50,374 nucleotides of DNA from positions 1-50,374 of the forward strand of contig SOJC01000077.1 of the NCBI GenBank assembly GCA_004376645.1, given 5' to 3'. Each line of letters begins with the position of its first letter. The first letter of the stretch is position 1. Position numbers and translations under genes: made by a program. A model generated the notes under the pieces. The model saw nothing but the letters and a program-made list of their open reading frames with translations. It was not told the origin of the DNA and did no database searches. Below are positions 1 through 9,609 of this stretch, piece by piece. This stretch comes from Candidatus Bathyarchaeota archaeon (GTDB lineage Archaea; Thermoproteota; Bathyarchaeia; Bathyarchaeales; SOJC01).

Positions 1-103
1 ACATTTTAGAGCAGCTGAACAAACATCAAATCCTACTAGTCAGACTCAAGGCTTGTGGACTTTGCTTTTCTCTTCTGGGTATTAGCATGCATGCTCTTTG
101 CAT

Positions 104-649
104 TCAGCTTGTTTCCACCAGTTGGCTTCTTAGTGTGAAACCTATTTTGAAGGCGCTAAGGTTTGCCTCTGCAGTCTCCAGTCTGACGGAGGCTACAATT
201 GCCTTTTCCATCGCTTCTTCACTTACAATGCTTGTGATCTCTGTCAGGGCACCTAGCATGATGACGTTTGCAAACATCTTGGATCTCAACAAGTTTTCAG
301 CAACCTCGGTGACTGGTAGAGAATATGTCTTAGCTCTCATTCTGGGGGGCTTCACCAAGTCCTTGTCAATTAATACTGCTCCATCTTCTTTCAAGTCTTT
401 AACGTTCATATCAAGGGCATCTTGGCTCATTGCCACAAGAACATCGCACTTCCTGACCAATGGAAACCCTATTCTCTTATCTGCAATTATCACCTCACTC
501 TTTGCTGCACTTCCCCTCGCTTCAGCTCCATAGCTCTGTGTTTGCACAACCTTCTTCCCGTCATAGACCGCTGCCCGACCAAGAATCCGGCCTGCTAACA
601 CTACTCCCTGTCCTCCTAACCCGCAAATTCGCACTTCAATTTTTGTCAT
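104..649 (-). CDS. 2-oxoacid:ferredoxin oxidoreductase, gamma subunit
   Basis: The 181-aa ORF has an N-terminus (IRICGLGGQGVVLAGRILG...QSYGAEARGS) typical of the Kor/Por/Vor gamma subunit. It overlaps the beta subunit gene by 4 nt. Substrate specificity cannot be told from sequence alone. Confidence 0.85.
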   Translation of the reverse strand: MTKIEVRICGLGGQGVVLAGRILGRAAVYDGKKVVQTQSYGAEARGSAAKSEVIIADKRIGFPLVRKCDVLVAMSQDALDMNVKDLKEDGAVLIDKDLVKPPRMRAKTYSLPVTEVAENLLRSKMFANVIMLGALTEITSIVSEEAMEKAIVASVRLETAEANLSAFKIGFTLRSQLVETS

Positions 650-1464
650 TGCTTCTTCGCCTTCCTCAATACCGTCTGGATCCTCTCTGAAAGCGTTGGA
701 AGGATCCTTGAGACGAACTCGCCCACAACTATCTTCTCTTCCAGTTCCCTCTCACTCAGCTGTTCTGCCTCATCAAAGGTGACGCTCTGCTCTTTCAACC
801 ATAGCAACATCTCTCCAGCGTTTTTGAAGCCCGCGCGTCGACCGTAGGCAGTTGGACACTGACTTACAACCTCGACAAAACTGAAACCTTTAGTGACCAA
901 AGCCTTCTTAATCGATTCTCTCAGTTGAACCAAGTGGGCTGTGGTCCACCGGGCTGCATAACTTGCTCCAGCAGTTGCCACTAGTCTCGCAGTGTCAAGG
1001 GAACCTTCGAAGCCCCCGTAAGGAGTTGTAGTGGTCTTGACGTTCATGGGAGTTGTTGCCGCCACTTGACCTCCAGTCATGCCATAGATCATGTTGTTGA
1101 CCATAACGACTGTGATGTCCAAGTTTCTTCTAGCGGCGTGGATTAAATGGCTTAACCCAATCCCCACCAGATCTCCGTCTCCACCAAAGACGACCACTTT
1201 CAAGTCAGGACGTACAAGCTTGACACCGGTTGCTACAGGTATGCTTCTACCGTGGGTTGTGTGTATGGAATCTGCCTTAAAGTGGGGGGAAGGGATCCAA
1301 GAGGCGCATCCGATACCACTGCAGAAGACAAATCCCTGAAAGTCTTTGTGACCAAGCTCTTGAACAGCCTTCAGGAAAACTGTAGCCACTGTTGTTCCGC
1401 CGCATCCTGCACAGAAAGGGAAGCGTATATCTCTAAGATAACTTGAGAGAGAAGCCTTGCTCAA
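646..1464 (-). CDS. 2-oxoacid:ferredoxin oxidoreductase, beta (TPP-binding) subunit
   Basis: N-terminal Cys motif (FCAGCGG) and a TPP-binding GDGD...NN motif (VVFGGDGDLVGIGLSHLIHAARRNLDITVVMVNNMIYGMTGGQ). It overlaps the flanking alpha and gamma genes by 4 nt each. Confidence 0.9.
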   Translation of the reverse strand: MSKASLSSYLRDIRFPFCAGCGGTTVATVFLKAVQELGHKDFQGFVFCSGIGCASWIPSPHFKADSIHTTHGRSIPVATGVKLVRPDLKVVVFGGDGDLVGIGLSHLIHAARRNLDITVVMVNNMIYGMTGGQVAATTPMNVKTTTTPYGGFEGSLDTARLVATAGASYAARWTTAHLVQLRESIKKALVTKGFSFVEVVSQCPTAYGRRAGFKNAGEMLLWLKEQSVTFDEAEQLSERELEEKIVVGEFVSRILPTLSERIQTVLRKAKKQ

Positions 1465-2615
1465 CGTTCTCCCACACTCCCTTCGATTACAGAGAAAAGC
1501 TCCTCTGGCGTCACCATCTCTCCACCCCCAATCTTGTTAACAGGCGTGACTCTTGCAGCACCCTTAACTACCCTCTGCACCTCAAAGAAAACTTGTTGCA
1601 GGTTCATCTCAGGCACAATAATGTTTTTGGCTTTCTGCGCCATCTCTTCCACAGCCTTCTCAGGAAATGGCCAAATCGTCTTTAAACGAATAAACCCAAC
1701 TTTTATTCCCCTATCTTGCGCCATCTCCACCGCCTCGTAGACTGCCCGAGAAGCACAACCGTACGAAACCACGCCAACCTCACAGTTGTCCACGTTGACA
1801 GCTTCGAAGTCAGCTAACAACTCGACGTTACTCCTGATCTTCTCGACAAGTCGAGTCACAAGAACACGATGAATCTTCGGATCTGCCGTGAAACGGACAC
1901 CGAATTCGTCATGGGTTGAGCCAGTAACTGTCACATTGAACCCTTCGCCCACCGAAGGCATTGGAGCCACACCATCTCCATCGAAGAACGCTTTATCGGT
2001 AGACTTTGGCTTCTTTCTATCGACGATTGTTATCTCCTCCAGAGGAGGCACAACCATCTGCTCACTCATGTGGGCAATTATCTCGTCAGCCAGCAAGATG
2101 ATGGGGGTACGATATTCTTCAGCCAGATTAAAGGCTCTCACTGTCAGGTCAAACATCTCTTGAACTGAGTTTGGCGATAACACTATTGAAGCGTAGTCTC
2201 CATGGGTGCCCCATCGGGCTTGCATTACGTCACCCTGTCCACATTTTGTAGCCTGCCCAGTACTAGGCCCAGCTCTCTGAATGTCAGCTATGACGCAGGG
2301 CGTCTCAGTCATGAACGCATATCCTATATTCTCTTGCATGAGGCTGAAACCTGGACCTGAAGTTGCGGTCATAGCCTTTGCCCCAGCCCAACTTGCCCCA
2401 ATCACAGAAGCTAGGGAGGCGATTTCATCTTCCATTTGAATCATTATCCCTCCTGCCTGAGGAAGACGCTTCGCTAAGTGTTCAGATATCTCGCTAGCTG
2501 GCGTAATTGGATAAGCAGCGAAAAACCGGCATCCAGCAACGATTGCGGCTTCAGCTAAAGCTTCATTCCCCCGCATGAAGTGGCTACCAGAAGTTAGATG
2601 ATTAACCATACACAC
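1461..2615 (-). CDS. 2-oxoacid:ferredoxin oxidoreductase, alpha subunit
   Basis: 384 aa with the pattern GNEALAEAAIVAGCRFFAAYPITPASEI...MEDEIAS...TATSGPGFSLM characteristic of OFOR alpha subunits. No delta (ferredoxin-like) ORF lies between it and the upstream gene, so the operon looks like a three-subunit alpha-beta-gamma type. Confidence 0.9.
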   Translation of the reverse strand: MCMVNHLTSGSHFMRGNEALAEAAIVAGCRFFAAYPITPASEISEHLAKRLPQAGGIMIQMEDEIASLASVIGASWAGAKAMTATSGPGFSLMQENIGYAFMTETPCVIADIQRAGPSTGQATKCGQGDVMQARWGTHGDYASIVLSPNSVQEMFDLTVRAFNLAEEYRTPIILLADEIIAHMSEQMVVPPLEEITIVDRKKPKSTDKAFFDGDGVAPMPSVGEGFNVTVTGSTHDEFGVRFTADPKIHRVLVTRLVEKIRSNVELLADFEAVNVDNCEVGVVSYGCASRAVYEAVEMAQDRGIKVGFIRLKTIWPFPEKAVEEMAQKAKNIIVPEMNLQQVFFEVQRVVKGAARVTPVNKIGGGEMVTPEELFSVIEGSVGER

Positions 2616-2768
2616 GCATCCCTACATAGTTTTGTCTGTATCCATCCCTTGTCTTAAGGTTTATCTAAATGCCTCTTGAGCAACGTCTGAGGGGAATCTA
2701 AGAAAACCTGAACAGAGAAAAAGAACTGGAGGGATTGATACTTCCGATCTTGTCAAATCACGGGATTA

Positions 2769-5700
2769 TTATTCTCTTCTCTTCTTGATGTAAAGCACTA
2801 CTATCCCAGCGATCCCAATTCCAGCCCCTGCGATGTAGAGGTATAATGAGTATTGTTTTAGGAAGGAGGGGGGGCCAACTGTGAAGCGCACGTAGGAGGA
2901 TGAACTTTCGTAGATCCAGTCATTTTCTGGAAAGATTGCTTGAACACTCCAAGTTCCTAGTGTTTCAAGCTTGAAGCTAGCAGTGAATGTTCCATTAGTT
3001 GATGTTGTGACCGTTTGCTGAAATGTTCCATTGGGGGAAACGTATACCAGTGTTATGGTTAAGTTTTGGGCGGCTGGTGTTATGAAACCCGTTAGTGTTA
3101 GGTTTTCTTCGATGGCAACTGTATCTGCCTCAAGAGTTATGTTTAGTTGAGATTCGAATTTTACTGAGTAGCTTCCGTTGTATGTAAGAATGTTTTCGAG
3201 AATATCCACTGCTTGAACCTTGTACTCCACAGTTGTGCCGGCTTGTTGACCAGGCACAATCGCAATGGCTGTTCGGTTGTCTACTATCTGCATGGTTAAG
3301 GTTGTGGTGTCTTGCCAATGGTTGATGGAGTAGAAGAGTGTTGAATCCTCTAAATCTGTGAGTGGGGAAACGAAGGATAGGGTTGTTTCGTTGTCGGGAA
3401 TTACTTTAAGAGGAGGAGATAGGGATTCGATGAAAGCTTTTCCGAATTCCGTCTTCACAAGGAACCTTATCACTTCGTTGCCTTCCTCGCCCAAGAAGAC
3501 GAGGTGGTAGAGATTGTTGCCTTCAAACGGCGACGAATAGTTGATTAGCATATCCTGTCCGTAAAACTCGCAGCTGGCACTTGCCACTCCGCTGAAACCT
3601 TTGCTTTCAAGATTATATCCTCCAAAGCCTTGCTGATCAAGCTCTCCAAAAAGCCCTGCCTCCCAAGCCAATGGTATATCTTTCAGTTGGCCTCCCACTC
3701 CAAGCTCGGGGTTAGCCATCAAATAGAGTCGAACCTCATACATGTCTAAACCTTCAGGAACTCTAATGCGAACCTCAAAACGAGAACTGTTAGTCGCAAA
3801 CTCGAAGGCCCAACTAGTATTTTCTACGTGCATGTAGTTCTGCTTTCCCTGAATGTAGACTTCATTCCATAAGTTGCACTCTACGTTCTCAATGATCATG
3901 AAGGTGCCTGCTTTGGCAACCTGGCTCTCCCGGGGATCATTGCGGATGATGAATGTGTAGTTGCCTGTCTGCTTTGGTGTGAAGAAGGGCTCGTTGAGAC
4001 TTGTCACCGTAATTCCTAGGTGTTCCTGCAACTGGGCAGATTGTGTATGGTATCCTTCTAATGTGCCTAGCGGATTAAAGACGTAGATGTCATAGTCGGT
4101 CTTGTCATCAGAAGTCTTCTCAACCCAATCTCCGTAGAAGTAAATATGATACCTTTTACCTTGAGTTAGGTGGCAGAGAATTGTGTAGTTGGAACCAACT
4201 GGGATTTGGGACTCACTGATCTGTACGGGAAACATAGGCTTGCTGATGTAGGTCCAGTTACCGTACGGAGGAGTGTTTACAAAGATCTTGGCGCTTTGAA
4301 CTGTGAAATTTTTCTGTTGACTTGAGGTTTCATAGATGATGTTATTTCCGTCAAACCACGCTTGAACCATCCAACACCCAGTTTTTTCTGTGGCGAATTC
4401 AACTCTCCAGCTTCCGTTGACATCTGTGTGTGCGACTGCTTCAGAGGTTGTATTCAGGGTGGCGAAGAGTACACGTACAGTAAGGTTTTCCACAGGGGGG
4501 CTTAAGTATCCATCAACCGATACAGGTTCGCTTATGAAGGCGTTCTCTTTATCCAACGTGAAGCCTAATGAAGCCTCATGTTTTACCGTGTAATTTCCGT
4601 CAAAAAATATGTAGCTGTCAAGCATATTCAAAGCTTCAACCCTGTATTGGACAAGCGACCCCGCTTCCTGACTTGGAACTACGGCAGAAGATGTCCAGTT
4701 CTCGTTCACAGTCATCTCTATCTCAGATACGTCTTCCCAGTCGTCTACAGAGTAGTACAGCTTGGCTTCCTTCAGTTCGGAGTCAGATGAAAAAACCAGT
4801 CTAGTGGGGTTTCCTGGGTAAACTCGATCAAGAGGATCAACCAATGTTAGTACGCCCTCTTCGAATCTTGTCTTTACTGCGAACTTGACCAATCCATCAC
4901 CATTTTCACCTATCAAAACAAGATGGTAAAGACGTTTGCCAGAGGTGGGTGATGTATAGTTGATGAGCATGTCTTGTCCGTAGTACTCGCAGCTGGCATA
5001 AGCTATGCCTCTGAACTCTTTGCTTTCCAGATTAAAACCACCGTAGTCTTGAGGATCAAGCTCTCCATAAAGCCCTGGCTCCCACGCTAAAGGAAACTCG
5101 TTAAGTAGCTCCCCCATTCCAGCTTCTGGGTTGGCCATCAGATAAAGACGAGCCTCATACATATCTAGACTCTCAGGCACCATTATGGAGACTTCGATTC
5201 GCTCACTGTCAGTAGCGAATTCAAAAGCCCAACTGGTGTTGAAAGTAGGCACGTCATTCTCTTTACCTTGAATGAAGATGTCATGCCACCTATTACACAT
5301 TGCATCCTCAATGATCATGAATGTTGCAGGTTTGGCTGCTTTGCTTTCTCTCGGATCATTTCTAATGACAAAGCTGTAGTTTCCTGAATTCGTCGGAACG
5401 AAGTGGGGTTCGTCTACATTTGTGCCCAAATGCTCAGGCAACCCAACTGCCTCTGTATGGTAAGTTTCGAGTTCACCACTTGGATTATAGACGAAGACGT
5501 CATAGTCGGTGTCAGGGGTAGAACCATAGTCTACCCACTCTCCATAGCAATAGACGTGATATGTATGGTTGGCTTTTAAGGGACAGAGAACTGTCCAATT
5601 AGAGCCCAATGGAATTTGGGAATCATTGAAGTATACGGGGAACATCGGCTTCTCCACAAAAGTCCAGTTGCCATAAGGTGGAGTGTTAATGAAGTGGTGA

Positions 5701-5828
5701 ACGTACCTCAGGTATTCTGGAAAGCTTTCAGCCTTTCCCGAGAAAGGTGAAGGCCAACTCAAAGCAAACATCAACAAGATAATGGCTATCATAGTGGAGA
5801 ACAATCTAGAAGAGCCAACTAGTCTCAT
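2769..5828 (-). CDS. Large secreted, membrane-anchored surface glycoprotein candidate with two homologous ~470-aa halves
   Basis: 1019-aa ORF with a hydrophobic N-terminal signal-like segment (IAIILLMFALSWPSPFSG). It has a C-terminal TM helix plus basic tail (IAGAGIGIAGIVVLYIKKRRE) and many N-x-S/T sequons. FINTPPYGNWT at aa 46 recurs as FVNTPPYGNWT at aa 516. I recognise no enzymatic motif. Confidence 0.7.
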   Translation of the reverse strand: MRLVGSSRLFSTMIAIILLMFALSWPSPFSGKAESFPEYLRYVHHFINTPPYGNWTFVEKPMFPVYFNDSQIPLGSNWTVLCPLKANHTYHVYCYGEWVDYGSTPDTDYDVFVYNPSGELETYHTEAVGLPEHLGTNVDEPHFVPTNSGNYSFVIRNDPRESKAAKPATFMIIEDAMCNRWHDIFIQGKENDVPTFNTSWAFEFATDSERIEVSIMVPESLDMYEARLYLMANPEAGMGELLNEFPLAWEPGLYGELDPQDYGGFNLESKEFRGIAYASCEYYGQDMLINYTSPTSGKRLYHLVLIGENGDGLVKFAVKTRFEEGVLTLVDPLDRVYPGNPTRLVFSSDSELKEAKLYYSVDDWEDVSEIEMTVNENWTSSAVVPSQEAGSLVQYRVEALNMLDSYIFFDGNYTVKHEASLGFTLDKENAFISEPVSVDGYLSPPVENLTVRVLFATLNTTSEAVAHTDVNGSWRVEFATEKTGCWMVQAWFDGNNIIYETSSQQKNFTVQSAKIFVNTPPYGNWTYISKPMFPVQISESQIPVGSNYTILCHLTQGKRYHIYFYGDWVEKTSDDKTDYDIYVFNPLGTLEGYHTQSAQLQEHLGITVTSLNEPFFTPKQTGNYTFIIRNDPRESQVAKAGTFMIIENVECNLWNEVYIQGKQNYMHVENTSWAFEFATNSSRFEVRIRVPEGLDMYEVRLYLMANPELGVGGQLKDIPLAWEAGLFGELDQQGFGGYNLESKGFSGVASASCEFYGQDMLINYSSPFEGNNLYHLVFLGEEGNEVIRFLVKTEFGKAFIESLSPPLKVIPDNETTLSFVSPLTDLEDSTLFYSINHWQDTTTLTMQIVDNRTAIAIVPGQQAGTTVEYKVQAVDILENILTYNGSYSVKFESQLNITLEADTVAIEENLTLTGFITPAAQNLTITLVYVSPNGTFQQTVTTSTNGTFTASFKLETLGTWSVQAIFPENDWIYESSSSYVRFTVGPPSFLKQYSLYLYIAGAGIGIAGIVVLYIKKRRE
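2874..4283 (-). repeat. Intragenic repeat B (aa 516-985 of the 1019-aa protein)
   Basis: Second copy of the ~470-aa module, at an exact 470-aa (1410-nt) offset between the FxNTPPYGNWT anchors. I verified the offset on the nucleotide sequence (F codons at 5693..5691 and 4283..4281). Confidence 0.75.
4284..5693 (-). repeat. Intragenic repeat A (aa 46-515 of the 1019-aa protein)
   Basis: This is protein-level homology to aa 516-985. Shared blocks include PPYGNWT, SQIP.GSN.T.LC.L, DYD..V.NP.G.LE.YHT, GNY.F.IRNDPRES, NTSWAFEFAT, VRLYLMANPE, ASCE.YGQDMLINY.SP and LYHLV. Boundaries are approximate. Confidence 0.75.
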
Positions 5829-6000
5829 CTTGCACAGCCCCCTCGAAGAATCACTCTCTTCAGAGGATAATTGTTATGAATTCCAAATACAGATTCCAAC
5901 ACTGAACTCGAATCTGAATATAGCCAAAACTGAGCAACATCTCGAATCTCACCAAAAAAGAAAGAAGGGAATGAGAACGACCTTGGCTTCATGCAATGTC

Positions 6001-6534
6001 TTAATCTTCGATGTTGAACGGTAAGACTGCGAAGATATGTGCATCTGTTGCATTAGTTATTTCGTATCCAAACAATAAGTACGCACCATAATTTTCTTCA
6101 GCAACTAACGGAGTCTTGAGGGCTTTGACCGTCACGTTTTCACCTTGAACAAGGAAACCATTGTCGAAAAGATCCTTTGCTCTAACAATTTCCATTCCCA
6201 CGGACCAGACAGGAGGTAGCAACACTCTGACTTGCCCATCTCCGACGTCTAAGATCAACATATGTCTTGTCAAACCAACAACCGTTCCATCAACGGTTAC
6301 TGGCTCCGAGTTTTTAATGATCCAATACCAGTGTTTTTTATGACGGAACTCATTGCGCCAATAACATCTTTGTCTAATCCAAGGATGCTCTGACGCTACA
6401 TCTAGGATCTTGCACTCTTCAGGGGAAATGTCTGCTTGAGTTGCCATAATCGTTGGAACATAGAAAATTAAACCTACAGCTATAGCTACCAGTATTCCTG
6501 CAATCGCAATTTGTTTCTTCGATTTCATCTGCAT
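6001..6534 (-). CDS. Membrane-anchored hypothetical protein
   Basis: 177 aa with an N-terminal TM/signal anchor (KKQIAIAGILVAIAVGLIFYV). The central segment TVDGTVVGL..HMLILDVGDGQVRVLLPPVWS...GENVTVKAL resembles small OB-like secreted domains (MamS/MamX-like pattern). That resemblance is recalled from memory and weak. Confidence 0.5.
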   Translation of the reverse strand: MQMKSKKQIAIAGILVAIAVGLIFYVPTIMATQADISPEECKILDVASEHPWIRQRCYWRNEFRHKKHWYWIIKNSEPVTVDGTVVGLTRHMLILDVGDGQVRVLLPPVWSVGMEIVRAKDLFDNGFLVQGENVTVKALKTPLVAEENYGAYLLFGYEITNATDAHIFAVLPFNIED

Positions 6535-6751
6535 TCACCTCCTTACATTTTTCACCATTTTCAAGTTTGTTTTCAAAAAATAACTTCTAAAAACTCACTA
6601 TTAAGCGAAACGGTTACAAAAAACCCGAATTATTGCAAAACAAGGTTCTATGAACCTCGAACAGCAATCCAAAATAGTTCTGGAAACCTAGAACCTTAAA
6701 CCCTAGACCCCAAGAGAGAGCTCTTTACTCAATCAAACCTGCAGACGTAAC

Positions 6752-8224
6752 ATGGAAAGATATTTACCCTCTCAGGGCAGCTACGTAAATGAAGGTGAAA
6801 CCATGGAAAAAGACATTACAGATTACGCGCTGGACTATGCCCGAAGGAAGCACATCCAATATGCAGAAGTAAGAGCACACCGAACAAAAAATGAACAGTT
6901 AGTAATCAAGAACGGAGTTTTGGACGCCTTCCTCTCAACCATTGACAGCGGTTTCTGTGTTAGGATACTCACCGAAGGAGGCTTAGGCTTTGCGTCAACC
7001 AACAAGTGGACAAAAGATGAAGCAAAAGCAGTAGTGGACACAGCTTACAAGTTCGCCACTATGGCAAAACGTAAAGACAAGATTACTTTTGCAGAAGAAA
7101 AAGGTGTTGAAGCGAAATGGAGCGTTCCACAGAAAAAAAAGATTGAAGATATATCTCCAGAACAGAAAATTGAGGAGTTGATGGAAGTTGACAAACGCTT
7201 ATCATCCCAAGACGGATTGAACATTCCGGGAAGGATAATAGCTTGCTCGATGACACTCACAGAGAAATACTTCGCCAACTCCGAAAGTTCAATAATCTCA
7301 TCTTTTGTACCCAAAATAGGGCCCTTCGCTTTCATAACGGTAGTTGAAAATGGCAAGCCCGAACAAGCCTACAAACAGTTTGGGCGAAGCGGAGGATGGG
7401 AAGCCTTCGACGAGTGGAAAATGGCTGAATCCCTACTTCATGATGCAAGGGTTCTCCAGAAACTGATCAAGGAAGGAAAAAACGTCAAACCCGAAAAGAT
7501 GGATTTGGTATGCGGACCTGAGGTCACAGGAATCGCCGCCCATGAGTCCTGTGGACACCCAACGGAAGCAGATCGAATATTGGGGCGTGAGATGAGCCAG
7601 GCAGGACGCTCTTTCATATACCAAGGAGGATCTTACTGGTTAGGAACAACAATAGGCAGCAACCTGGTTACAATAGTTGATGATCCTACTGTGGAAAACA
7701 GCTACGGCTACTATGAGTATGATGACGAAGGTATCAAAGCAAGACCACGATACTTGTATAAGAACGGTGTGATAAACGAGTTCCTCCACAACAGAGAGAC
7801 TGCAGCGAAGCTAGGCACAAGAAGCAACGGATCCTCAAGAGCAAACAGCTACTCAAGAGAAGCCATCGTTAGAATGGCCAATACATTCCTACTGCCAGGC
7901 GATTGGACCCAAGAAGAGATCATCGAAGATGTGAAATATGGAATCTACATGCGATCCTTCACTGAATGGAACATTGATGACGTACGTTTCAATCAACGTT
8001 ACGTGGGAAGAGAAGCATATCTAATTAAAGATGGGGAGTTAAAACACCCAATAGCCAGACCGGTAATTGAGACGACTACACAGACTTGGTGGAGTGCTGT
8101 TGACGCGATATCGAAAGAGATCGATTATGATGCTGCAACCTGCGGTAAAGGTGACCCAATGCAAGGAGCACCTGTATACACTGGCGGTCCAACTATACGT
8201 CTAAAGGAGGTGTACGTGAGATGA
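6752..8224 (+). CDS. tldD: TldD family metalloprotease
   Basis: HESCGHPTEADR (an HExxxH motif) and the C-terminal GDP.QG.PV..GGPTIR pattern are typical of TldD. The true start is probably the ATG at 6803 (MEKDITDYALDYARRK), which is preceded by a GGTGA Shine-Dalgarno (SD) element. Confidence 0.9.
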   Translation: MERYLPSQGSYVNEGETMEKDITDYALDYARRKHIQYAEVRAHRTKNEQLVIKNGVLDAFLSTIDSGFCVRILTEGGLGFASTNKWTKDEAKAVVDTAYKFATMAKRKDKITFAEEKGVEAKWSVPQKKKIEDISPEQKIEELMEVDKRLSSQDGLNIPGRIIACSMTLTEKYFANSESSIISSFVPKIGPFAFITVVENGKPEQAYKQFGRSGGWEAFDEWKMAESLLHDARVLQKLIKEGKNVKPEKMDLVCGPEVTGIAAHESCGHPTEADRILGREMSQAGRSFIYQGGSYWLGTTIGSNLVTIVDDPTVENSYGYYEYDDEGIKARPRYLYKNGVINEFLHNRETAAKLGTRSNGSSRANSYSREAIVRMANTFLLPGDWTQEEIIEDVKYGIYMRSFTEWNIDDVRFNQRYVGREAYLIKDGELKHPIARPVIETTTQTWWSAVDAISKEIDYDAATCGKGDPMQGAPVYTGGPTIRLKEVYVR

Positions 8225-9546
8225 GCGAAGTATTGACAAAGACCCAGGAGATAGTCAAGGAAGGGATGACCTTAGGGGCAGACGAAGTTCTGGCTAAAAC
8301 AACCTTTGGCAGGTATAGACAAACAAGATTCAGCAACAATCAAATCGACATAACAGTAGCGTGGAACGACTATGTAACGGATGTCACCCTCGCATGGAAG
8401 AAACGTCTAGTTTCAACACAAGTCAGGGATTTCCAAAACACAAGCAGCATCGTAAAGCGTCTTTTCGAACTGGCTAAGGTGTCAAAGGAGAATCCTACAT
8501 ATGGTGGCATCGCAAAAGGCACTTTTGAATATTCAAAGCCTACCGCAGATGAATCTCTGAGAGAGCTGGAAACCCCTTCTGAGTATGTCCTTGAAGCCAT
8601 AGAAGCTGCGAAGAAAGAGGCAGGTGAAGAAGTCAACGCCGGTGGAACTCTCTTCACGAAATATGAAGATGTCTACCTTGTTTCTTCGCAAGGACCTATT
8701 GGACAAGACGAGAGGTCAGCGATTGAACTCTCAATCAGAGCCTTCTCTCGGATTGACGCCTCCGGCCATGGAGTCGAGTGCTGTTCTTCGTTAAAGGACT
8801 TCAAACCTGCCAGGGCTGGAGAGAAAGCAGGTAGAATCGCGAAGTTGGCTAGAAATGTAAAGCAGGGGGAAGAAGGAAAGTATGACATCATCTTCGATCC
8901 ACTCTTCTTCGGTTCAATGCTGGCAACTTGGGGCTCTATGGCCTCCGCATTCAGCGTCATGATTAAGCTGTCAGTTTTCGTAGACAAACTCGGCAAGAAA
9001 GTCGGCTCCGACATTGTCACACTCAGAGACAATCCAGCGAGATACTGCGTGAGCAACCACGTATTCGATGACGAAGGATTTCCCACACAAGAGAACATTT
9101 TCATCGACCGTGGAATCCTCAAAACATACTTGCACAACACATCCACAGCTAAGATCTTCAAGACTCAAACAACTGGCAACGCTGGACTAGTACAACCCGC
9201 AGCATGGAACATCGAAATGGACCCAGGAGATCTAAGCAAAGACGAGCTTTTCAAAGAAGTAAAACGTGGCCTATACCTCACAAACACCTGGTACACAAGA
9301 TTCCAGAACTATGCCACAGGAGATTTCTCCACAATTCCAAGAGACGGCATCTTCCTAATAGAGAATGGTGAAATTAAGCAATCATTGAAAGACCTGCGAC
9401 TAAGCGATAACGTACTCAGACTCCTCAACCAAATCAAAGGCATCTCCAAAGAGAGGCAACATGTCCACTGGTGGCTTGAAGCTGATCCTCCATCTCTATC
9501 ACCATATGTCCTAGCAGAAGACATACAGATGACAAGGCCAAAGTAG
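8221..9546 (+). CDS. pmbA: PmbA/TldE family protein, the metalloprotease partner subunit
   Basis: 441 aa, paralogous to TldD but without the HExxxH motif. It overlaps tldD by 4 nt and is preceded by a strong GGAGGTG SD. Confidence 0.85.
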   Translation: MSEVLTKTQEIVKEGMTLGADEVLAKTTFGRYRQTRFSNNQIDITVAWNDYVTDVTLAWKKRLVSTQVRDFQNTSSIVKRLFELAKVSKENPTYGGIAKGTFEYSKPTADESLRELETPSEYVLEAIEAAKKEAGEEVNAGGTLFTKYEDVYLVSSQGPIGQDERSAIELSIRAFSRIDASGHGVECCSSLKDFKPARAGEKAGRIAKLARNVKQGEEGKYDIIFDPLFFGSMLATWGSMASAFSVMIKLSVFVDKLGKKVGSDIVTLRDNPARYCVSNHVFDDEGFPTQENIFIDRGILKTYLHNTSTAKIFKTQTTGNAGLVQPAAWNIEMDPGDLSKDELFKEVKRGLYLTNTWYTRFQNYATGDFSTIPRDGIFLIENGEIKQSLKDLRLSDNVLRLLNQIKGISKERQHVHWWLEADPPSLSPYVLAEDIQMTRPK

Positions 9547-9609
9547 CTTGTTCCTCCTCCCGCAAATCCTCACAAGCAGAACATGCCAAAACCTATCTGA
9601 GGAGTTATC

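Noticed and set aside
87-533. 148-aa plus-strand ORF
   Set aside because: It is entirely antisense to the well-supported OFOR gamma subunit gene. Its composition is low-complexity and Ser/Leu/Ala-rich, typical of a shadow ORF.
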